A DNA stretch of 32,000 nucleotides from Ignicoccus hospitalis KIN4/I (GTDB taxonomy: Archaea > Thermoproteota > Thermoprotei_A > Sulfolobales > Ignicoccaceae): assembly GCF_000017945.1 (NCBI RefSeq), contig NC_009776.1, positions 1,200,001 to 1,232,000 on the forward strand. Reading direction: 5' to 3'. Below the pieces are notes generated by a model. The model was not told the DNA's origin. It did not search any database and saw only the letters and a program-made list of their open reading frames with translations. Position 1 is the first letter of the stretch, and each line of letters begins with the position of its first letter. Shown here in pieces: positions 7,908 through 14,913 of the stretch. A program made the translations under genes and the position numbers.

Positions 7908-9266
7908 GTGTGCTGGACGACTAAGGAGAAGGCGGTCGTGAGCGAGCTCGGCAAGTGTTCGTGGGGCGCTTGCGTGTTCTGCGGGTGGGGGAAGAAGGTC
8001 GGGAAGGATACCCCAGAGTCGTTTATGGAGAAGGTAAACAAAGCCCTAGCTAGCAACCCAAAGAGGTTAAAGATATATACTTCGGGTAGCCTGTTCGACG
8101 ACTCCCAATACCCGCCTTGGCTGAGGCTCTGGTTGGCAGAGAGGGTCGAGACCCCTTGCTTGGAGGAGCTGCAAGTCGAGAGCTTGCCGGACTTCATAAC
8201 TTACGAGCGTCTACAACCCTTCCTAAGGCGAAGGTACGCGCTCGTGGTCTCTCTGGGCTTGGAGGTCGCCGACGACGAGGCGTTAAAGAAGTTGGGCAAG
8301 TACCCAGCTATGAGCGTATCCAAGTATATCTCCAAAGCGACGCTGCTCAAAGGCGTTGGCGCGAAGGTTAGGACCTACGTATTGGCAAACCCCCCTGTAG
8401 AAAACTGGAGGGAGTTATTGAAAAAGACCGTAGAGCTGGCGCTGAGGTACTCTGACGAAGTCGTGATTATAAACACCTACCCGCACAGCGACAGCCCCCT
8501 CTTCAAGATGTGGGTGGAAGGCAAGTGGAAGCCCCTGCCGCCGGAGGAGTTCTACGAAGCGGTTGAGGAATGGATCCACGACCCGCGAGTGCAAGTGGAC
8601 AGCAGCAACTTCGCGTTCAAGCCTAAGTTCCCGAAGTGGATGAGGAAAAGGATAGTGGGGGCTACGAAGGAGGCCTTATTACACCCCTACTACGAGGTCT
8701 GGCAGCAGTTCTTGACGAACTTCTACAAGCCCCCTCAGAAGAAGAAGTTCCTCTTATTCGTTCCGTGTTCTTACAAGAAGCCTTACTACAAGAGCAAGAC
8801 GTGGAAGAGCATAAGGAGGGTGTTGAGAGAGGTAGGTGTGCTAAGGAAAGTACACATGGTGGCGGTGAGCTCGCCTGGCGTGGTCCCGGAGGAGTTCGCG
8901 GACGAGTACCCCTTCAACGCCTACGACTGGCCCGAGTGGGAAGAGACAGAGGAGATAAAGGAACTCTACACCAAGGTGACTAAAGAGAGGGTGAAGAGGT
9001 ACCTAGAGAAGCACAAGGACCACTACGAAAAGGTCTTAGTCTATTTGAAGCCAGACAGCGAAAGCTTCAAGGCGGTTATGGAAGCTTGTGCCGAACTCGG
9101 GATAAATTGCGTGCCTTGCTTAAAGCGATACGACGAGGAGGTTAAGTCTTTCAAGCCCCCGGTAGCCCACCCCAAAGCCTTGGAGGACTTGAGAGAGTGC
9201 TTGGAAAGCTTGAAGAAGTCGTCCGAAGGGCTTCCGAGATCTCCCACTACCACTCGAGCCCTCTAA
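7908..9266 (+). CDS. Fusion protein: RaSEA/Elp3-like radical-SAM domain (N) plus ArcS-like DUF5591 domain (C); predicted archaeosine-pathway enzyme
   Basis: GTG start. The N-terminal half has C17-x4-C22-x2-C25 (GKCSWGACVFCGW) followed by TIM-barrel-like radical-SAM sequence. The C-terminal half has P286-C-x3-K-P-Y-x2-S-x2-W299, which matches the ArcS PC-x3-KPY-x2-S-x2-H motif as I recall it, apart from the last residue. Confidence 0.6.
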   Translation: MCWTTKEKAVVSELGKCSWGACVFCGWGKKVGKDTPESFMEKVNKALASNPKRLKIYTSGSLFDDSQYPPWLRLWLAERVETPCLEELQVESLPDFITYERLQPFLRRRYALVVSLGLEVADDEALKKLGKYPAMSVSKYISKATLLKGVGAKVRTYVLANPPVENWRELLKKTVELALRYSDEVVIINTYPHSDSPLFKMWVEGKWKPLPPEEFYEAVEEWIHDPRVQVDSSNFAFKPKFPKWMRKRIVGATKEALLHPYYEVWQQFLTNFYKPPQKKKFLLFVPCSYKKPYYKSKTWKSIRRVLREVGVLRKVHMVAVSSPGVVPEEFADEYPFNAYDWPEWEETEEIKELYTKVTKERVKRYLEKHKDHYEKVLVYLKPDSESFKAVMEACAELGINCVPCLKRYDEEVKSFKPPVAHPKALEDLRECLESLKKSSEGLPRSPTTTRAL

Positions 9267-9967
9267 AACTGGCCGAGGAGAGGGTGAACTTCCTCAGCCA
9301 GTACTACTCATTCAGAGAGGTCGAGGTGCCCGGCTTCATCGTAAAGGAGTGGGGCTGCAGGGTAAGGGCCTTTGGGAGGAGAGTCCCTTGTCTGCCCGCC
9401 GGCTTGGGCTCTTCAGAAAACTTCGTGGTGGCCGGCTACGTCGAGTTCGAGAACGCCGGGACCCTCGTGTTTGACGGCAAGACGCTCCCCCGCGTAAGAA
9501 GGGTCTTGACCTCGCCGGCCCTCGCGATCCCTACGGACTTCAAAGAGCTAGTGATAAAATCCATGAGGGAGGGCGACTTCGAAGCCTGCTCTTGGGGCGA
9601 GGCCGAGGGGGCGGTGGCGTACGTGAGGAGGGGTCGCCCCACGTGCGTAATAACCTTCTACGACGCCCTTTGGTACGGCTTCGCTCACTCCGCCACAGCC
9701 CTAGCTACCTTGAGCGTGCTCGACACCACTAACACCTTGATTCTGGTCCCCAGATACTCTCGGTGGGAAGACTTGCTAACCTTGTGCGATACGGCGGTCG
9801 TGATTGACGGGATAGGGGTCTCACCTAAAGGCTTGGGAAGCGAGGATCTGTACTTAACCGTAGGGGGGATCACTGAGAACTTCGGTTCCCCCTTCGACAC
9901 GCCGGACAAGTTGGACCTAGAGGCCTTGCGTCGTCACTTCAAGCTCTTGAGCTCCCTCGCGAAGTAG
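9197..9967 (+). CDS. Hypothetical protein, possibly translationally coupled to the preceding gene
   Basis: The 256-aa ORF starts at GTG 9197 and overlaps the upstream gene by 70 nt in the -1 frame. An alternative GTG at 9284 lies 17 nt after the upstream stop. The composition is protein-like, but I recognise no family signature. Confidence 0.5.
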   Translation: MLGKLEEVVRRASEISHYHSSPLKLAEERVNFLSQYYSFREVEVPGFIVKEWGCRVRAFGRRVPCLPAGLGSSENFVVAGYVEFENAGTLVFDGKTLPRVRRVLTSPALAIPTDFKELVIKSMREGDFEACSWGEAEGAVAYVRRGRPTCVITFYDALWYGFAHSATALATLSVLDTTNTLILVPRYSRWEDLLTLCDTAVVIDGIGVSPKGLGSEDLYLTVGGITENFGSPFDTPDKLDLEALRRHFKLLSSLAK

Positions 9968-9981
9968 GGGGAGGGAGGTCT

Positions 9982-10308
9982 TTGGACGAGGAGAGGATGA
10001 GGGTCGAGGCGGAAAGGGTTGCTGAGAAGTTGAAGGCTAAGGGTTATAACACCTCCGTGAGGAGGGCAGTTATAAAGAACTTGATGGGAGACACTGTAGT
10101 GAAGTATAACGTGGTAGCAACTAAGGAAGAAACTGTGGTAAGGTGGAGTGTCTCCGAAAACGCCTACGAAGTGAGCATAAGGGTCGTTGGAGAGGTGGAC
10201 GAAGAAGCGGCGGAGAGCAAGGGTTATCACATCGAGAAGGACGGCGAGTACACGAGGCTCTTCAAGAGGTCTACCAAGCCCTTCAGTTTCTTTGACAACT
10301 TACCGTAA
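9982..10308 (+). CDS. Hypothetical small protein (about 103-108 aa)
   Basis: A strong purine-rich SD-like run GGGGGAGGGAGG (9967..9978) lies just upstream of TTG 9982, with ATG 9997 as an alternative start. The sequence is charged and mixed alpha/beta-like, with no recognisable family. Confidence 0.45.
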   Translation: MDEERMRVEAERVAEKLKAKGYNTSVRRAVIKNLMGDTVVKYNVVATKEETVVRWSVSENAYEVSIRVVGEVDEEAAESKGYHIEKDGEYTRLFKRSTKPFSFFDNLP

Positions 10309-10339
10309 AACCCCCTCTTGACTGCATCGGGGAGCTCCC

Positions 10340-11596
10340 TTGCTGGAAGAAGTGAACCTAAGCGGCCTAAAGGACGCCGAGGTGTACGTGTCTAAGTACA
10401 AAGTTTTGAGGAGCGAAATTGACGACAGCAAGCTGAAGTGGCTCAGCGCGGGCACGGAGAGCTACGTGGCGGTTAGGGTTGTTAGGGACGGAAAGGTGGG
10501 GTTCTACTCGACGACGCTGGACGAGACCAAAGGCCTACGTAAGGTAATCGAGGAAGCTTATGAGAGGGCCGAGAAGGTTGCGAGGGTCTCTAAGAGGGTC
10601 GAGTGGTGGCCGGGCTTCCCCTCGTCGAGGTGTTCTCCCCTTCCCGGAACCTTTAGTAAAAGCTTAGCGTCTAAGGATTTAGACTTTGTTATTGATATGT
10701 CTAAAAGGATGCTCGATATAGCCGACGAAAGCTTGAACGTCATGGGGTCGGTGGGGCTTGAGGTGGGCGAGTGGGTCATAGCAAACACTGAGGGCGGAGA
10801 GTACGAGGAGAGGGAGACCCGCGTCGAGGCGTTCGTAGCCGCGTCCAAGAGGGTCAACGGCTATCTGACTAAGGCCGTCAGCGACGTTTACGTGTCCAGG
10901 AGCGCGCCTCCCGAGATAGAAAACTTCGCCGGGAAAGTCTTCGAGGAAGCAAAGACGTTGAAGTTGCGGCCGGAGAGGGTGACCGGCGAGTACCTAGTTT
11001 ACTTCGACCCCCGAGCTGTGGCGGAGCTCTTGGACTTCCTCGCGGAGGCCTTTTACGCGCACAACGTGGTGCGCGGGAAGAGCCCCTTGAGCGGGAGGCT
11101 CGGGGAGCAAGCGTTTAACGAGGCATTCACGCTGAGCGACAACCCCACCTTGCCGGGCGGCCCGGAGAGCCACGGCTGCGACGAAGAGGCAGTCAAGTCC
11201 GAGCCCCAAGTCCTCGTGGACGGAGGGGTTGTGAAGGCGTTCCTGGGCGACTTGTACTGGGGAAGCAAGCTGGGCTTCGTCGGAAGAGGGTATAGACAGA
11301 GCCCCGTCCAGCCGCCTTCCCCGAGCTACACGAACTTGACCCTCCACGCGCGCGACGGGGCGGAGGGCGAAGTTGTAGTAGCGGGCCTCACCGGGCTACA
11401 CACCGCGACCCCGGAAACCGGGGACATGAGCGTGGTGCTGTCTCCGGCGTGGAAGGACGGGGAGCACATAGAGGCCGTCATGAACGTTAACGTATATGAC
11501 TTGTTCGGGAAGCTGCTGGAGGGCATAGACAAGAACGGCAGGTGGGTCGGCTCAGTCTTCGCTCCGGGGGTAGCGGTTAGGGTGAAGCTGACCTGA
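10340..11596 (+). CDS. TldD/PmbA-family (peptidase U62) protein
   Basis: Length and sequence are typical of PmbA/TldD: an N-terminal ...VAVRVVRDGKVGFYSTT block and a C-terminal GLTGLHTATPETGDMSV...AWK block. Confidence 0.8.
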   Translation: MLEEVNLSGLKDAEVYVSKYKVLRSEIDDSKLKWLSAGTESYVAVRVVRDGKVGFYSTTLDETKGLRKVIEEAYERAEKVARVSKRVEWWPGFPSSRCSPLPGTFSKSLASKDLDFVIDMSKRMLDIADESLNVMGSVGLEVGEWVIANTEGGEYEERETRVEAFVAASKRVNGYLTKAVSDVYVSRSAPPEIENFAGKVFEEAKTLKLRPERVTGEYLVYFDPRAVAELLDFLAEAFYAHNVVRGKSPLSGRLGEQAFNEAFTLSDNPTLPGGPESHGCDEEAVKSEPQVLVDGGVVKAFLGDLYWGSKLGFVGRGYRQSPVQPPSPSYTNLTLHARDGAEGEVVVAGLTGLHTATPETGDMSVVLSPAWKDGEHIEAVMNVNVYDLFGKLLEGIDKNGRWVGSVFAPGVAVRVKLT

Positions 11597-12196
11597 GGAT
11601 CGCAATTCAATATGTTCCCAGAATACTACGTGGTCCCCCTTGATTCCGTAGCGGCCCTTGTGGCAGCTCCACTCCAACGCCCCGGGCGGCAACCTCCTAG
11701 CCGCCTTGGCGCTCTCGAACATACAATAGCTTAAGAGGCCCTCTACGGGCCCCTTCGCTACTAGGACGTTTCCGACGAAGTTCGCAGTTACGTCGAAAAT
11801 CCCCTTCCTAGTAATATCCCTCACGCTACCCTTGGTCGTGGCCTCTATTATTATTTTATTATCCTTGGTCTTCAGCGTAACGCCGGCACCTACCGAATCC
11901 TTTATAGTTACGTCGGTTACGTGAGCCGTGAAGTTACACTTCAAGAGCTCCGGCAGCAAGGGGGCCACGCAAGGCGAGGAGTGAGCTATCAGCGGAGGCG
12001 GGCCCTCGACTACTATTACTTCGCCAGGCAAGCGGGGGAGTGAGCATTCCAAGTAGTCAAACCTCACCGCGCACTGTTTTTTGAAATGTTTGACCCTTTC
12101 CGTGCCGTCTCGAGTAACGATAGCGTAGAGGGGGACGTTCAGACCCAAGGCCTCTAACTTCTTTAAGCTCTTTAGTCTCCTTCCATTCACCCTCAA
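11552..12196 (-). CDS. Hypothetical protein (214 aa)
   Basis: Clean ORF with protein-like composition. LKKLEALGLNVPLYAIVT faintly resembles ATP-grasp / PEP-utilising N-termini, but I cannot support a family call. Its last 45 nt overlap the 3' end of the PmbA-like gene. Confidence 0.45.
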   Translation of the reverse strand: MRVNGRRLKSLKKLEALGLNVPLYAIVTRDGTERVKHFKKQCAVRFDYLECSLPRLPGEVIVVEGPPPLIAHSSPCVAPLLPELLKCNFTAHVTDVTIKDSVGAGVTLKTKDNKIIIEATTKGSVRDITRKGIFDVTANFVGNVLVAKGPVEGLLSYCMFESAKAARRLPPGALEWSCHKGRYGIKGDHVVFWEHIELRSSGQLHPNRYPRSED

Positions 12197-12229
12197 AAGT
12201 CCCCCTCTCCGAGGCTCGGGGGAAAAGTA

Positions 12230-12865
12230 TTGGCGCGTTTGCCCGTCGTGATATCCTTGGACCCCCCTAAGGATAAGGGGTGGGACTGGGCGCTGGGCAT
12301 TGCAGAAGAAATGAAGGACTTAGTCGTGGCGTTTAAGGTAGGCTGGCCCTTGTTGTTAGAAGGTAAGGAAAAGCTCGGCACGCTCAGAGAGATGGCCCCA
12401 GTCGTCCTCGACCTAAAGCTCGCGGACATAAGTTTCACTATGATAAATATAATAAGGAGGCTCGAGTTCGACGCAGTTATAGCACACGCCTTTGTAGGGA
12501 GGGAGAAAGCTCTTCGGGAGCTAAGGGAAGAGCTAAATAAGCAAGATAAAGAACTTTACTTAGTAGTGGCGATGAGCCACAAGGGCGCCGACGAGCTGCT
12601 GAACAGGATGTGGAGGGAGAACGTCCTAATAGCTTACGAACTCGCTGACGGAATCGTAGCCCCGGCGACGAGGCCCGAATTGTTAGTTAAGATCCGTAAG
12701 GTGTGGCCCCGAAAAGTCCTCAGCCCCGGAGTGGGGGTTCAAGGGGCAAGGCCTTGCAGCGCGGTTAAGCTCGGAGCGGACGCCGAGATAATAGGTCGCA
12801 CGGTGACGCGCAACCCCTCACCCCGGGAGTACTTGTTGCGGCTATACTCCGGCTGTAAGGCGTGA
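12230..12865 (+). CDS. pyrF: Orotidine 5'-phosphate decarboxylase
   Basis: VISLD, DLKLADI (the DxKxxD catalytic signature), SPGVGVQG and IIGRTV. The start is either TTG 12230 or TTG 12239. Confidence 0.85.
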   Translation: MARLPVVISLDPPKDKGWDWALGIAEEMKDLVVAFKVGWPLLLEGKEKLGTLREMAPVVLDLKLADISFTMINIIRRLEFDAVIAHAFVGREKALRELREELNKQDKELYLVVAMSHKGADELLNRMWRENVLIAYELADGIVAPATRPELLVKIRKVWPRKVLSPGVGVQGARPCSAVKLGADAEIIGRTVTRNPSPREYLLRLYSGCKA

Positions 12866-12901
12866 AGATTTACTTTCACCCCCCTTATGGAGTTTCCCAA
12901 G

Positions 12902-12909
12902 TTTTTATT
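12902..12909 (+). promoter_or_regulatory. TATA-like box (TTTTTATT) for the cytochrome gene, with SD GGGAGGAG at 12933..12940
   Basis: The AT-rich octamer lies about 40 nt upstream of ATG 12947. A GGAGG-type Shine-Dalgarno sequence lies 6 nt before the ATG. Confidence 0.35.
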
Positions 12910-12946
12910 CTCGCAAGGAGAGCCGTGACATAGGGAGGAGAGTACA

Positions 12947-14863
12947 ATGAGAGGGAAAGCGGTCCTCGCCCTGCTGACACTAGTAGTCCTAGCGTCTCCC
13001 GTCCTCGCCGATGTCAGCAGCATGGCCAAGCTACAGGAGGCGTTGGCCAAGGCCAGCCCTCAGACCAAGACTTGTGTGGGGTGCCACATGCAAGCGACTC
13101 CCGACATAGTCATGCAGTGGGCGGCTAGCGAGCACGCCGAGAACGTGCCCAAGAACGTGCTCAAGCTCTACGAAGCCATCGGCTCCCCCGGCGAGCAAAT
13201 AGCCGAGAAGTTCCAGAACTACCCCTACAACGTGGGCTGCTACGAGTGTCACGGCATGTTCAAGGAGCAAGACAGAGTTGACGTGGTCAACCACTTCGGA
13301 TTCAAGATAGTGAGCATCGTAACTGCTAAGGACTGTAGCCAGTGCCACCCCAAGGAGGCTAGGGAGATAAGCTGGACTTGGCACGGCTTCGGCGCTCTCA
13401 ACACCAACCTCTCCCCGTGGTACTCCAAGATAGTCAAGTATGCCAAAGAGCATGGTCTCATAGGCAAGATGACTCCTCCGGTCTACACTGCCACTAGGGA
13501 CAAGGACATGCTAACCTGGGAGTGGTGGAAGGAGTACGTCAAGTACCTCTACATGTACTTGAACGGCGAGAAGGTACCCGAGGAGTGGGCCAAGTTCATC
13601 GAGATGTTCGGCACCCCCTATGACTACGACTTCAAGAGGATAGTCAGTCCCCTCTACCCCGCCAGCGGCGGACTCAACACCACTGTGACCGAGAGAGTGG
13701 GCTTTGAGGCCGAGCTGAGCATTCAGTGCGCCGTCGGCAAGAGCAAGTACTTCCAGAAGGTTAGCAACGTAATGAACTACATAGGCTACAAGAACGCCTA
13801 CGTGTACCACGCGTGCTACGAGTGCCACGGCAGCTTAGTAATACCCTACAAGAAGGAGAACGTGAACGTCAAGGGCTTCGCCGGTGTGGAGAGGATGAGG
13901 TACTGGGGCTGGCCCAGCAACGGCGCTGGCAGGATTGATCCCGACGGCAGCCTGGGCACTTGTACCGCTTGCCACCCGAGGCACGAGTTCAGCGTGGCCC
14001 AAGCTAGGGAGCCTTGGACTTGTGGCCAGTGCCACATAGGTTACGACCACCCGCACATAGAGATATACGAGGAGAGCAAGCACGGCAACATCTACGAGCT
14101 CCACAAGGAGAAGTTCAACATGGAGCGCGTGCCTTGGAGGGTCGGCGTGGACTTTGACGTGCCCACTTGTGCCACGTGCCACATGAGCACCATAGCCAGC
14201 CCCGACGGCAGCATGATATTGGTGAAGGGCACTCACGACCTCACCAAGAGGCTAGTGTGGGACCAGATGCACTTCTTCGCCCAGCCGAAGCCCAAGTGGC
14301 CTGACAACACCCAGAACAAGATAGTCAAGGGCGGCAACATACTGAACGGCGCAGGCTATGAGAACGTAGCTATGACCGGCTACAAGGTGGTGGACCTCGG
14401 CCCGGCCCCCGGCGAGCTGAAGTTCCCAAGGCTGATGACCATAGAGTACACCGGCGAGCTCAAGGAGCACAGAGAGGAGATGATGAAGGTCTGTGAGCTC
14501 TGCCACAGCAGCTCTTGGGCCGAGAACTTCTTCAGGACGGCCGACCAGAACCTCTGGGACTACAACGCCGTAGCGCAGTTCGCCTTCCAGCTGCTGAAGA
14601 AGGCGTGGGCGCAAGGCATACACGACCCCAAGAACAAGCTGGACGAGTTCATGGAGGTCATGTGGTACTACATCTGGCACCACCAGGGCAGGAGGTGGAG
14701 GAACGGCGCTTACATGATGGGTCCCGACTACGCACACTGGTACGGTATAGTTGACACCGTCATGGAGGCGCTCAACAAGATGATAAGCTACTACGAGAAC
14801 GCGCTAGCGATAAAGAGCTTGCAGCAGCAGCTCAACCAAGTACAGCAAGCGCTAGCGAAGTGA
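12947..14863 (+). CDS. Secreted octaheme c-type cytochrome (HAO/OTR-like multiheme family)
   Basis: Signal peptide MRGKAVLALLTLVVLASPVLADV. There are eight CxxCH motifs: CVGCH, CYECH, CSQCH, CYECH, CTACH, CGQCH, CATCH, CELCH. No CxxCK motif and no C-terminal TM anchor are present. Codon bias towards C/G endings is extreme. Confidence 0.9.
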   Translation: MRGKAVLALLTLVVLASPVLADVSSMAKLQEALAKASPQTKTCVGCHMQATPDIVMQWAASEHAENVPKNVLKLYEAIGSPGEQIAEKFQNYPYNVGCYECHGMFKEQDRVDVVNHFGFKIVSIVTAKDCSQCHPKEAREISWTWHGFGALNTNLSPWYSKIVKYAKEHGLIGKMTPPVYTATRDKDMLTWEWWKEYVKYLYMYLNGEKVPEEWAKFIEMFGTPYDYDFKRIVSPLYPASGGLNTTVTERVGFEAELSIQCAVGKSKYFQKVSNVMNYIGYKNAYVYHACYECHGSLVIPYKKENVNVKGFAGVERMRYWGWPSNGAGRIDPDGSLGTCTACHPRHEFSVAQAREPWTCGQCHIGYDHPHIEIYEESKHGNIYELHKEKFNMERVPWRVGVDFDVPTCATCHMSTIASPDGSMILVKGTHDLTKRLVWDQMHFFAQPKPKWPDNTQNKIVKGGNILNGAGYENVAMTGYKVVDLGPAPGELKFPRLMTIEYTGELKEHREEMMKVCELCHSSSWAENFFRTADQNLWDYNAVAQFAFQLLKKAWAQGIHDPKNKLDEFMEVMWYYIWHHQGRRWRNGAYMMGPDYAHWYGIVDTVMEALNKMISYYENALAIKSLQQQLNQVQQALAK

Positions 14864-14898
14864 GGCCCAATGCCCGCTTCACAAAATTAACCAAATGA

Positions 14899-14908
14899 TT
14901 TTTTGTTT
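14899..14908 (+). terminator. Oligo-T terminator (TTTTTTGTTT) after the cytochrome gene
   Basis: A T6-G-T3 run lies 36 nt after the TGA, in a 50-nt convergent gap. The opposite strand offers AATTTTGT for the converging gene. Confidence 0.45.
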
Positions 14909-14913
14909 CTATA

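Noticed and set aside
9197-9266. Possible programmed -1 frameshift joining the RaSEA/ArcS-like ORF to the next ORF
   Set aside because: No X-XXY-YYZ slippery heptamer or obvious downstream stimulatory structure is present in the 70-nt overlap. Ordinary overlap (GTG 9197) or a downstream start (GTG 9284) explains the arrangement.
13031-14737. Chain of four long minus-strand ORFs (140, 105, 133, 161 aa) covering almost the whole cytochrome gene
   Set aside because: They are antisense to a gene with eight CxxCH motifs and a signal peptide. Their translations are Val/Leu/Gly/His-rich with no motifs. The stop-free antisense frame is a by-product of the extreme C/G-ending codon bias.
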